64,000 nucleotides of DNA, from positions 14,942,001 through 15,006,000 of the forward strand of contig CM120641.1 of the NCBI GenBank assembly GCA_051362555.1, given 5' to 3'. This DNA comes from Lingula anatina. Its lineage: Eukaryota > Animalia > Brachiopoda. The notes below the pieces were generated by a model. The model was given only the letters and a program-made list of their open reading frames with translations. It did not search any database and was not told where the DNA came from. Within the stretch, counting starts at the first letter, position 1. Each line of letters starts with the position of its first letter. Shown here in pieces: positions 1-12,205 of this stretch. Made by a program: the position numbers and the translations under genes.

Positions 1-1246
1 GTGTGTCATTCCGCAATAATATGTGTTATACTCACTTTTGATTACATTCCATACCTTTTTTAATTGGACTTACTTAAAATATTTCACACATATCCCATTG
101 CATTGTGATGCTTTGGACTATATACACGTGTTACTTATTTGATTACCACTCGCACATGTGTGCAAGCTAGTGATACACAATGAATCGATGCTAAACTGTG
201 CAAAACGTTCCTTTTATTTAGACTATACGCGTGACTTAGGCTACAATGACATAAATGTGTGACATAAATGTGTGACAGCTAGCGTTATACAGTGCATCAA
301 TGCCAAATTGTGCAAAATATGTATTTTCTGGAAACTGACGAAATTAATTAGTTATTAAATATACATGCTTATGGAGTGTAATTGACAAATGTACTCATTT
401 AATTTCGTTTACCAATTTATATAAAGTTTTAATTTAAGTTGCAAACCCTAAATTAAAATGGAATCAACCCAAAAGGAATGTATTTCATGTTTCTCAGGGT
501 ATAAAATGGCTAGCTCTTCGCGATGTCTTACTCTGTCAGCATGGATTTTCAAGCAGTGCGACTTTATTTACAACATGGCAGGTACAGAAGACGAACAACC
601 AACCATCAGAAAAGAGCAATAAGGAGAAGCGCTGCAAACCATTATAAATTAATTATAAGTTTTATACATTTATACTCGTTTAACTTCAAGACTGTTTAAT
701 AAAAGCGCAACTTACATGTACATTTAAGGTACATATTTATATTTCTGTTTAGCTTGAAAGCGGCTGCTTATATTACAGAGCTGTAAGAAAGATAGTGGAA
801 GTAGAGAGTGGGATGGAGGAGAGGGAGAAGGGGAGATGGAGGAAAGTAGTAGAAAGCGAAGATAAGAAAACTGGCTTGTTACAAGAAATGCACGACAAAG
901 AGAAAATGACATTGAGGAGAAAAAACAATTACTATACTGATTAATAAAATTAACTTTTTTGTAAAATCAGGAAGTTCACCAAAGGCACTTATGTATTCTG
1001 AATAAATTTATATTTCTTAAGTGATGTTCTTTCTCAATTGCATACAAAAGATAATCCTGCAAATTAAAGTTTATGAAATGCGAACAATGCACATTTATAC
1101 TACGTGTAACACTTTAACAGAGGTTAATAATGTTTATTTTACCTGTAATCCTTATAATTCTTCCCTCCGTATCAGTTAACATCATCTCCAATGTCATTTT
1201 TAAATTGCATGTTTTAAGTGTGAGATTTCATTATTGCTCTTCAATG

Positions 1247-1992
1247 CGGACTTTCAGTATTAAAACGTAGGGTCCTAGGACTTTCCGTACTGAAATAGAG
1301 TGTCTAGGGGGACTCTACATTTCAGAACATAGAGTCCGGGACCCGTTATTTCGAGACAGGGAGTCCGCCGGACTCTCAGTTTTAAAACACCGGGTCCGCC
1401 GGACCCTAGAATGGCAGGACTCTGTGTTGCTTGACACCGGGAAAAACTGCGTCAAGGCTTTTATACTTTCACCTCGGTATCTGATTGGGTTAGATTTACC
1501 TTCATTTTTTGACACACAGAGACGGTGTGTTTTTTGGAAGAAAAGACGAACAAACAAAATGACAACAACGAAAGTACATTTATTTTAATAGTTGAAGTGC
1601 ATTCTGAAATATCTGTATGATTTCTTTTTAATGTCACCGTTTCAATGTCGGGAAAATTGGGGGGATTCCGCCCATGGGCGAAGCACTTTTCGCGGGTAAT
1701 TCCCGTGGAGAAACTCGCGCCGGGAATTACTAGTTTGACCTAGGCCTACTTAAAAAAGCCGGTGTGGCAGGAGTGCACGTCCTAGTAACGCAAGTCCGCC
1801 CGGACACTAAGTCCTGGGAATGCAAGTCCTAGGGCATGCATTGCTAGGAATGGAAGTCCTAGGACATACCGTGTACGTTACTAGGATTCAATGTCCGTAG
1901 GACGAAGGCTCCCAAGTAATGCAAGTCCTACGTGTAGTAATGCACGTCCTAATGGGACGTGCGTTCCTAACATTTTAGTAACGCATGTCCTA
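1247..1992. repeat. Two clusters of short palindromic/inverted GTCC..GGAC motifs (~16-bp AGTAATGCAAGTCCTA-like unit); probable subterminal region of a DNA transposon
   Basis: Motifs such as agtaacgcaagtcc, gaatgcaagtccta, agtaatgcacgtccta recur in both orientations at 1770-1992; gtccgccggac/gtcctaggac palindromes at 1247-1425. Similar motifs flank the Harbinger element (3000-3140, 4738-4800). Confidence 0.5.
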
Positions 1993-2796
1993 TATTGTTT
2001 ACACCAAGAAATGGCATGAATAAATAGATATAGAGACATGCTAGTTTTAAAGATATAATAAACATTTGCTTTATTCTATTCATATGACATTTTATCTTTA
2101 TATTTTACAATGTTTTCCGATAGGCAGTTTATATGCATATTAACGAAGAAATAAAAACAATTTATTTATTTTATGTGTATTTTTCATCTAGTAAACGCAA
2201 ATTTTGACGTGTTAACGCATATTTTTGGCGTACTCCTCCCTCATTGCACAATCTGTATGAGCCTGGTTTGCCCGATATTTTTTAAACAAAATAAGGCACC
2301 ATCCAAAGGTATCCCTTATATTCATCCTTTGAGGTATATGTACAGTGTATATTATTTCAAGTCCTTTTGTACTGAGGTGTACCTTTTGTGTTTTGCGTCG
2401 AAATTCCTATTATCTCTCCCTCTCTCTCTTTTTCAAAACCTTATTCCTAAGAGAAAAATCACTTTACACAAAACGCAGGATCTCCGTTCTTAGATTTATT
2501 TTTCGGTCAACACTCGCTGAAATTTTAAACAAACTCAAGCTCGATGGAAATTTGCTCTTGGAAAGTATGGGCTGAGATTTAAGACAAATCAAGACAGTTT
2601 AGAAATTGAAAATTGCAATATATGTATATATTGTTCTGTAATAACCCTTTGCTATTTTGGTGCTTTGACACTTAAAAGACAAAACAAAAAAGTTGTAAAT
2701 GTAATGAGCACCGAATTTCGAACACATATTAGACATTAAAAACACCATTAAACATTTTGCTACAAGTAATAAATAGGGGGGAGATGGTCATGTCAA

Positions 2797-2878
2797 AGGT
2801 AGGTCTCGAACCCATAGATGCAACAGAACGATTCATGAATTCTTACCTTGTGGCCTTGCACGCTAACCACTACACAGA
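2797..2878 (-). mobile_element. tRNA-derived SINE-like head (Pol III A and B boxes)
   Basis: Minus strand reads ...GTGTAGTGGTTAGCG (A-box-like) ... GGGTTCGAGACC (B-box); no complete cloverleaf is evident. Confidence 0.4.
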
Positions 2879-3144
2879 AGAGCTGAAGTTGCAATGAACT
2901 CATTTTTTGTCTGATATATATATGGCTCACCAGAAGGATTTCATATAGGCCTACATTTATAGTAGGCCTATTATCATTTAACAGTATTATTGGCTAAGGA
3001 TAGGACTTTCAAATGGCCGGACTTTTCAGGAAGACTGTCAGTATATAGCTCTGGATCCGCCCCTGCTTTTATTACAGTCATACGTGTAACAGGAATAAAA
3101 GTCCGACAGTAATACCAGTCCTATCTACTCTAATTATGAGCCAG

Positions 3145-4734
3145 GCCCCGTATGCACAAAACATCTTAAGTGTATTTTTTTAAGGATTTCCCTAAGAATT
3201 TCCTTAAGTGATCATCCTTAACATAAGTGATATGCACAAAGCATCTTAAGATGATAATTTCCCCAAATATCTCTTTAACTTTAAGGTATCTCATTGGGTC
3301 TCTTAAATGGAAATTTTGTCCTTAGATTCAGTGACTGTACAACACAGTGGCATTCATTTGTGCTGGTCAAAGCTGTGCAGCAACAGTATTTCTCTATGGC
3401 TCTTATTATTGCTGTTTATCGTGAAGAAGTGGATGAACTGGAAAGGGCAGTCGCAAGACCAAGAATATTTCGGGACCGCGAAATTCCTTTGGATTTTTAC
3501 CCAGATCATGAGATTTACCAGCGCTTTTGTTTTGATAGAGAGGGGATACTTTTCATTACGGATCTTCTGGCAGTTACATTTGTAATTTGTCGTTCTGTTA
3601 AGGGATATCTAAAGTGAAAAATTCTGAGTGGGCACTTTTTATGACATGTTGCTTATGAAATCCTCAAAAACCACCTATAACACGGAATCTCATACATCAA
3701 TGCTTATACAATTAACATAAGTATTTAATATGTGCATACGTGGGGTCAATAGTGAAATTTATAATTAAAATTAATATTAATATTATGAATTACATGCCAC
3801 AATTTTTCTTCACAGATAACACTAAAAATATGTAAGTCGATGACATGTAAATGGCCATAGTCATGAAATAAGTATATGCTGGGCTTATTTCTTTTTTAGG
3901 GCCCATGAAAAAATGTTACTTTATCATCCCCGGCCGCATTACTTTTTCTGCTCACATAAAAAAATTATAATGTAAATTTTCCCCATCGAATGTGCACTTC
4001 ATGCACAAAAACAGACTCTCCCTGTACTAAGAGTGCCTCTCACTGCAATTTATGTTACTATTAGCTTTGCTCATGGCATGTTTTAGTGTATGTAATGACG
4101 GTCCGGAGGGCATCGTTGGTTAAATTCAATGTGTTTTTGTATGAGCAAAAACTACGCCCTACTGAATCACTTCTTGTAGGTGACAATGATGGTAAACTGA
4201 TATTTTTTATGGGGCCTTTTTACAGAACTATCGCCGATAGGAGGGATGGGTGCACATGTATCAGCCAATAGAGATAAAACCTTTTGATTAAAATGTAATT
4301 ATGTCACTGGATTATTATTATTAGTGTTGGGTCTGGGGATTGGATGACATGCCTCTTTTTCTGTCAGAGTATAAAGAATACTAGGCCTACACAAGAAGTA
4401 ACAACTTCTTGGCCTACACGATTGATATCTCAACTCTTCTAATAATAATAACTGATAGGCCTATCATATCCAAGTAAAGGATTCCTTCAAACATGGATTC
4501 CCCAGGAATTCCCCAGTGTGAGCTATTGTAACAGGTAATTCTATTGGTCAATGCACAGGCTAAACATAGCTCAACACATAAGAGAAATCCTACAGAGTTG
4601 AGAAAATTCTTGGCTTAGGAAATTCTTAAGGTACTTTGTGCATACCACTTAAGGAGTTTCCTCAGCTAAGAATTTTCTTATGAAGTTAAGGAGAATGTTT
4701 CACTTAAGATAAGGATTGTTTGTGCATACGGGGC
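3145..4734 (+). mobile_element. Non-autonomous PIF/Harbinger transposon with a HARBI1-like transposase N-terminal remnant
   Basis: TIR GCCCCGTATGCACAAA / TTTGTGCATACGGGGC; 3-bp CAG (CWG) TSD at 3142-3144 and 4735-4737; ORF 3294-3617 contains RPRIFRDREIPLDFYPDHEIYQRFCFDREGILFITDLL, typical of the N-terminus of Harbinger/HARBI1 nucleases. Confidence 0.85.
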
Positions 4735-5079
4735 CAGGAACCTAAGTCCCTGTAGGACTACTATTCCCAAGTAAATGTTAGTCCTACAGACAACCATTAC
4801 CAGGAACCGGCGCAAAACGCAGAAAGACGTAACTATATCGGATATTAAATAATAAATCTTTTGCTTGAACTATCTTTGAGAAACAATTAAATAAATTGTC
4901 AAAGCACACAAGACTTTATTCCCTGTCATGAATTGTGATAATGAAGAATTTTATGAGGAAACTGTTCGCTCCAATCTTTTATTTTGATGTATTTTCTCGC
5001 CTCAGGAGAGAGGAGAGTTCCGAGTGTGGAATTAGGTCACGATTTCGACAAGGATTCGATTTGTTTTCGAATCGTTTTC

Positions 5080-5156
5080 GAATACCACGAAACCACGAAT
5101 CGTTCACGATTTTTTAACGAATACCACGAATCGTTCACGATTTTTTTAACGAATCG
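5080..5156. repeat. Short tandem repeat (CGAATACCACGAATCGTTCACGATTTTTTAA-like unit)
   Basis: Direct repeats of ccacgaatcgttcacgattttttaacga are visible. Confidence 0.7.
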
Positions 5157-5234
5157 AAGACGAAAAAATTTCGACGTCGAAACCTTTCGAGAATACCGCC
5201 CCAGATCATTTTTGGATAAAAATCCCCACAGTTT

Positions 5235-5903
5235 CACCCTGAGCTTCAAAGATAACTTGACACTAACCTCTTCACTATAGCCTATCTTCATCGTGTCAAG
5301 TTACCTCTGACGAAAATAGTTTGACCTAGTTTATGTAAGCCAATCGAATCCAAGTTTCAAAATTTTTCACCAAAGTTTGGTGAAAACGCTGATTGGTTGA
5401 CCGTCAATCGGTAATCCTCGGCTGATTCCGCAAGCTCCATACTAACAACAAAGTTATTGTCGAGTGCGGAGACATCCGAGTAGTTCCGAGTGCATAACCG
5501 TACACAAAGAAAGCATGGCGTCTCCTACGAGTGATTACGTAAAATTATGTGTTAAGTTATCTCTTGATTCTTTGCAAAATATGAGTATATCGGAATTGAA
5601 ACCAGAGCAGTTTGAGGCCCTGCATCATTATCTACTGAGGGATGATGTATTTTGCGTGCTGCCCACAGGTTACGGCAAGTCCCTGATATTCAGCCTTATC
5701 TTTGATTGGTCCGGATTTGAACAAAGCGCGCTTTGACTCGTTCGCGTTCATTGGCTAGATCGTTCAATGAGTCATTGAGTGCGGGCTTTAAATTTGATTG
5801 GCGGGCGGCGGGGACAATCGAATGTGGTCAGAGGTAACTTGACACGATGAAGATAGGCTATAGTGAAGAGGTTAGTGTCAAGTTATCTCTGAAGCTCAGG
5901 GTG
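5235..5903 (+). mobile_element. 669-bp TIR element carrying a RecQ-like helicase fragment (AcademH-like non-autonomous element?)
   Basis: Near-perfect ~77-bp TIR (CACCCTGAGCTTCA...TTACCTCTGAC); 8-bp TSD CACAGTTT at 5227-5234 and 5904-5911; internal ORF 5464-5736 encodes LKPEQFEAL..DVFCVLPTGYGKSLIF (RecQ/SF2 Q-motif and motif I). Confidence 0.8.
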
Positions 5904-5933
5904 CACAGTTTACAATCAAGGAAGAACGAGGAA

Positions 5934-8406
5934 ATGTTGAAAGCCGTTATTCTTTTGCTGGTGGTAGGTTTGGTCCACCATATCAGGGCGACTGAAAGTG
6001 ACGACCGTAAGTAATAACAGAGGCATAACTAACGCAAAAGATCGCGTTTGTTTGTATTGTTTCGGTGAGGAAGGGTGTTGGGAACGAGTGATTTCAGATG
6101 ACTAAGCCAATTTTCGTGAACCCACACAAACATGAATACATCTAATGGCAATATCGGGTATGATAGAGCTACACACACTGGACATAGAAGTGTCACCCCT
6201 ACTGAACCAATACTATGGAGGAGATAAATGACTGTGGAATGATATGCTCCTGGTATCATTTTATTAACATCAAATTTCACAAAAAATCACAAAATGAGAA
6301 CAAAAAGTACATTCTACCAAAATATGCAGCTCAAGTCCAAAATTAGTACTTAGTGGCATAGCCACGTGACCTAATAATAGGTGCCAGTCTACGAGGCAAG
6401 GATTCATATAATTGTCTGATGCGTTCAGGGCTTATGCTGGCCCAAGCATGAAACACTGAATATAACAGAGTTTCTCTGCTGGTTAGACGGGCATTTGTCA
6501 AAAGTTTTGACATATCATTCCACACATTTTCTAGTATGTTTGCATCCGGACTCTGGGCAGGCCACATCACCCTGCGAATGTCCTGTTGGTCAAACCAATC
6601 ATCAACTGCTCTGGGCCTGTGACGAGCATTGTCATCCTAGTGAACAAATGGATAATTCCTGTCACCAAACATGTTAGTAATAGATGGTAGCAAGCCTGAC
6701 TCCAAAACAGCGATATATTTCTAGTGATTCACGTTTCCATCAACCACTATCAATTCGCCCACGCCATGGATGCTAATGCAGCCTCACACCATGATAAATA
6801 TGCTGCTCCGGGTTCGAAAATTCAATGCATGTGGTTAAAATGCTTTACCAGCAGTTCGCCAGCATCGTACCCGTCTGTCATCAGAGGTCAGACCAAAGCG
6901 ACAATTATCAGAAAAAATATATAGGACCAAATGTCATGGACTGTCCAGTTCCAGATCCTATTGACCCTAGTTCACTCTACGTTGCCGGTTTTGTAACGAT
7001 ATAAGAGGTTTCAGTCTTGCTACCCTGCTGTACACTCTCTGAGCATGTAACCGACGCCTTGCAACTTCACAGACATTCTTATGTGTGAAATTGTTCCACT
7101 GTGTTGCCAACTGACAAGCAGTGTCAAACTTTGACAACTTGGGCATCAAAATCAGTCGTCGGTCTTCACGGCCAGTAGTTTTTCTTGGACGACCCATCAG
7201 AGGCAATTTGTCTCTTGATCCAGTGTTTCTATACCGAGACCAGACCCTCTGCACGGTTCTGACTGAACAATTCTATTGTATCGATATTCTGACATTGCTT
7301 ATATTCCGCCTCTTCAGGTTAATAACTTGACGCCTATAACCGTTAGATAATTGCCTGTATCTTGCCATATTGGAGGAAGACAAGAATAACATTTGCTGTA
7401 CATGTACAAGACCAACAATACAATTCCATGGTATAGCGGTTATATACTCATTAGTCACATTATAAGTAAACCAGGCATTATAACTACCCAAGATCTGCCT
7501 ACTTTTATTACTCTGATTTAGGGGGTGACACTTCTATTGTCCAGTGTGTGTAGGTAACGATCACAAAGTAGAGTGCATGAGATTTGTCTCCATCCTGTGT
7601 GCCTGATTCTGTTTTTTTTCCAGTTGGCAGCACCAAAGGGTGCACAGCGAAGGCGGACAAGGCACATTGCTGGGCACAATTTCGATATAAACAATGGCCA
7701 ATCGAATCCAATGCTACAAGTGAGACTTAAAAATATTCACATTACAGCAAATAACAAAAAAATAAAGTTTTAAAAAATACTTCAAATTGCGTAAATTGTC
7801 AGGATTATGATGGTGATGTGCAAAGATATTAAATTGTGAACATGTATAAGAGATCTCTTTAATATCAGATGTGCCACGTAAAGTAAAACTTACACGTACT
7901 ACTTATGTACGCCTCTTTTTTGCATATTTGTGTGCAATTAAATCCAGATGGTCACAACTGGAGAATTACGTAAATATATGGCTAACTTCTTGAGTAAGTC
8001 CATATCTTAAGCACATGCAAATGGTCTTATACACTTAAATTATTCTACAAATTGTTTTCAGTCGAAGTCAACTTGACACTGGTGTCTCCTCAGGTAAGTT
8101 CTAAATGTGTGTAAACCATATGCAAAAGACACTTATAGGAGCAGACCATGGGCAGCAAATACACTGAATGTTCCTGAGGTCATCAAGGCGTTTAAATTTT
8201 ATATTTTTTACTTTCCACCACCGCCCTCAACCCGAATTTAAATACACATGTATTAGTAAGTTTTGGCGTTTTCTTAAACGTTTTTTCCTCGAGTACTGAA
8301 ATACTGAGGTGTTAATCTAATTAATTTTTCTCTTTTTTTTGTAACTAGACACTTCGGCTGATACTGATTGGTGATCATAAAGAATTAAAGGACGTCACTT
8401 TAACCA
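5934..8406 (+). CDS. Candidate multi-exon secreted protein, 5' part (exons 5934-6006, 8062-8093, 8349-8406): MLKAVILLLVVGLVHHIRATESDD-LEVNLTLVSPQ-TLRLILIGDHKELKDVTLT
   Basis: ATG plus signal-peptide-like sequence; donors GTAAGT (6007), GTAAGT (8094), GTAAGA (8407); pyrimidine-rich AG acceptors; phases 1/0/1 join with no stop. The 3' end is not resolved. Confidence 0.5.
6172..7550 (-). mobile_element. Tc1-family transposon with disrupted transposase (~7368-6343)
   Basis: TIR CACACACTGGACA(A)TAGAAGTGTCACCCC at both ends; TA TSD at 6170-71 and 7551-52; peptides GRPRKTTGREDRRL (HTH linker), KPLISLQNRQRR and WPAQSPDANILENVW...LPRRLAPIIRSRGYATKY; broken by stops and frameshifts. Confidence 0.93.
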
Positions 8407-9765
8407 GTAAGATATTATTATTCATGCAGAGTTTCACTTAACCAAATATAAGAGATCTGAGTTATTTTAAAAGTGGATGTGTTAAAAGATCAGAAATAAT
8501 CAGCAGTGGAAAGATATTGAATAAAAATATATGGTTTTTATTCACAATGGAGAATGTCTTGCTTTAAGGCCGGTGATAGGGTTAAATACGCTTAAAATCA
8601 TGTTTTTGAGTTTTTTGTGTGTTTATATTAATCAAAAAAGTATCTAACGTTGCATGTAATAATTTTTATGAATTTGCATCGCAAAATGTGTCTTTTGATG
8701 AGTTTTTCAACCGGCACGCGCCCCAGTCAGGCTGACAACTAAGCCACGCCTCTGTTACTAAGGGCCGTTGCCATGAGGGGGTCGGAGCACAGTTAATGAG
8801 TTATAAGCCGATTACGTGTGCGGTAATAGGTCATAAGTCTTACATCAGCTTAGCAGCGAAGAAGTCTAGCTAGTACACTATGAATGTGTTTCATCATATA
8901 CTGGTACTAGTATGATCTACACCAAGACAACACACATTTTGATAATATATCCTTGCCACAGTCTGTATTGTAAAAAATTGTCTTTTAAGCTTCAAAAGTT
9001 CCGGATGCAGTATGTGACGAAGTGTCTGACACGTCCATATGGTGCGTCAGTTTCAAACAGTGGTCTTCACAGAACGGAGGTCTATCAGCAAACACAATAT
9101 TCACCTTCAAGCTGAAGTACGCTCCGCTCACCTCTACCATCAATGCAGGTTCTTGGGCATTATCTAAGAAACTCAGCTCAAGGTTACCCTGAGTGTCAGA
9201 GCACAGTAAAAGCTAGCTTGTTAAAAATCTTGTGATGCGATCGCTTTTACTAGCTCTGGCGAACAGCGGCCATGTTAGATTTCCGTCAATCAAATAGAAC
9301 TGCTCCGCAGTGAATCTCATCAGAATCAGCAGTTGAATGTCATCAGACCAAAATGAAACGTAAAACAGATTTAATTCTGCTTTATTTAATTTTATTTACT
9401 GTAGTAAGATATGTAAAGTGAAAAATAAATAATATGTTTCTAAAAGAAAAAGGTATATCCAATGTTTTTTGTATTTTTGCTTATCAAAGAACATTTGCTC
9501 TTGAAGATATATATAAACACAGTACACGTGCTTGCCATGTGCCAAGTTTGACAGCTACACTGTATGCCCGATACCAATATAAGGGCTGCGCAATGGCCAC
9601 ACCAAAATCAGTTTTTAAAGCAGAATGTTGTTGTGTTGTGGTACTGACCTTCGACTGCAAGATATTCTTAGTTAAAACTTCCAACTCCGCGTCAGCCACT
9701 TTGCTTCTTGTCTCGTCTGCACGAGATAACATCAGCTCCAGGCGGGAAAGGCAGCTCCAGGCGGG

Positions 9766-9870
9766 CAAAGCTGTGACGTACGAGACATGACTTCCAAATA
9801 TGGGAGCTCCAGGGGGACAAAGCTGTGACGTACTAGACTTGTGACTTCCAAATATGGAAGCGCCCCAGGC
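9766..9870. repeat. Two-copy ~53-bp tandem repeat
   Basis: aaagctgtgacgtac(g/t)agac..tgacttccaaatatgg occurs twice. Confidence 0.7.
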
Positions 9871-11141
9871 AAAATTTTGAAGAAGAATGCCCACGAATTG
9901 ACGGTGTTCGCTAGAGCCTGGTATTGCTGATATGGGTTATATATGAAATCCAGAACGAGCTGCCAATACCGGAATCTACCGTATAGCTAAAAAAAAACAC
10001 GACTATTGGTACGCGTATGATCGATAACTGATTTAATTCTCGTAAGATTACCATCCGCCCCCTTCCTTATGAATAGGTATTACTTTATCAATACAATGCA
10101 ACCGTCGTGTAGCCGCATGTTAGAAGACAATGTTTGATTACGCACAGCAGTAGGAGGCCGCTACCCCTTCCCAGCAAGGAGTCAACACAGCAGCGCGTAA
10201 CCCGGGGTTAATTAGGGGTTATTAGCTGTCCACTTATGATCGGTATTGTTCGTCTTGATTGCAGCACACTTCCTACTCACTATTGGTTCGACCGCCTCTT
10301 CTTTAAATGCTCTCTCAAACCTTTCCTCTGTCAGCCGAGAATGGAAACACGTTTATCTGCCGATAACTTACGTCGTTGATGTATTATTCGGCATCATTCA
10401 ACAGTGGTTCATAAGGCTCTATCTATCATTTTTTTCGTCTCGCATTTTACCAGATTGAGCTGACGCTCGAAAACTAAATTTAATGAATAATTTTCTCACG
10501 TGCACCGTATCCAGCTAATTTTACGACAATAACTACCACGGCACCTCCGCCATTTGCAATTGTAGACGAACCACGTGTTTCCAACTGATAGGCCAATACA
10601 ACTATACCAGACCCATTGTACGAGAAAAGACCGTTTATATTTAATTAATTAAAAAATATTTGAGGATTGCGACTTTCTATTGATATACTGTCGATGGTAT
10701 CCCTGTATTAAATCATCCACTGCTACCCCCACTTTTGTTGTGTAGCATGACTCGTATCACAAGATGGCCTTAGAAATGAAGTAAAACAGGCCTACACTCT
10801 GATAGTTTTTAGTCTATTATTAACCCTAATGTCGTTGCTTGTCATTCATTCTAGAACTCTCTGAGCCATCGCAAAATTATTTGCCAGGACATTTAAAGGC
10901 TACTTCTTAACGGATTTTTTTTTATTTGCACTGAGTCCAAAATGTTCGAGGACGTCTCTGTCGTTATCGCCGTTTCTCGGACGCAGTCCCAGACAAAGGA
11001 TCGGAAAGTTTCTAAATAAAAGAACTTATAAATGCTGCCACTAGCCATCCTTATTGTTCCTAAGTAAAGAGAGGCGATAATGATCTTTTCTTTCTTCTAG
11101 CTTAGTCTGTCGACTAAAATGAACAAGGTTAGGCCTACAAT

Positions 11142-12205
11142 GCAACCACCTATTATTACGACCATTAATGAGGTTCTTTGCTACACTCCCTTTCTTCATG
11201 ATCGCGAAACCAGTGGGGTGCTGTGTTTTAAATATATAAAAAAGGGTCTCGCGAGGTGAAGCTATAATAATGAAATAAAAAAAATCCAATGAATAGGCCT
11301 ATCTAATAAACCATGAAGCACGTAGTCTAGGCCTCTTCTTTGACCGACATCACATTTTTACATTCTTTGTTTTAATAAGAGGACAAACGTGGTCTAATTT
11401 GTCTTTTGGTGGTGTGTGATTTTGCTTGAAGTAGCGGAGTCAAGTAAATCGGTGATTTACCGTTGGTAAGAGTAGCGATCATCGCTCCTGCGTCCTCATA
11501 GATTACTTTCTAATCACCCGTAATTAACGCAGTCAGGAATAAGCGCTCAAATAGGGGTTTTTGTATCAGGGAAAATTTTAGTATTAATCTTATGTTATTA
11601 TGTATCTGTATTATGTAATCATGTAACTCATTTTCCCAAGGCAACCACCAATTATGACGACCATTAATGAAGTTCTCTGCTACACTCTCTCCTCATGATC
11701 ACTTGCTCGATCGTGAAACCCTGGAGGTGTTGTATATATATTTGGGGTAGTTTACTATAGCATGCTACACTCTCCTCATGATCAGCTGCTCGATCGTGAA
11801 ATCTGGAGTGAAACCCATGGTTTATCTAACAATGGTTTAAATAAATAAAAAGGGTGTCACGGAGGTGAAGCTGCTTAACTCATAAGAATAACGAACGAAA
11901 AAATACGATGAACATTTAATAAACCACGAAGCACGTATGTTTTGACCGTTATCGCCTTTTTTACATAAGATGTCTCAACAAGAAGGCAGATGTAGTCCAA
12001 TTTGTCTTTTGTTGGTGATTCTGCTTCAGGTGGCTGAGATTAGTTGATCGGTGATGCACCGTTGGTAAGAGTAGCAATCATCACTCCTGTGTTCTAACGG
12101 ATTACTTTCCAACCCCCCATAATTAACGCAGCCAGGAATAGGCGCTGAAATAGGGGGTATTAAATCAGGAATTAATTTTTGTAATTATGTATCCGTAAAA
12201 TAAGA
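11142..12205. repeat. Diverged tandem duplication (~0.5-kb unit; copies ~11142-11620 and ~11641-12205)
   Basis: Colinear shared motifs: gaccattaatga..ttct..gctacactc, gaggtgaagct, aataaacca.gaagcacgta, aatttgtctttt, ccgttggtaagagtagc.atcatc, taattaacgcag.caggaata.gcgct.aaatagggg. Confidence 0.85.

Noticed and set aside
1770-1992. CRISPR-like appearance of spaced short repeats
   Set aside because: Repeats are degenerate, in both orientations, irregularly spaced, in animal DNA with no cas genes.
8568-10769. Possible Kolobok-like element (TTAA|GGCCGGTGAT ... ATCACAAGATGGCC|TTAG) and ORFs 9434-9894
   Set aside because: TIR match is short and interrupted, TSD is imperfect, and no transposase motif was recognised.
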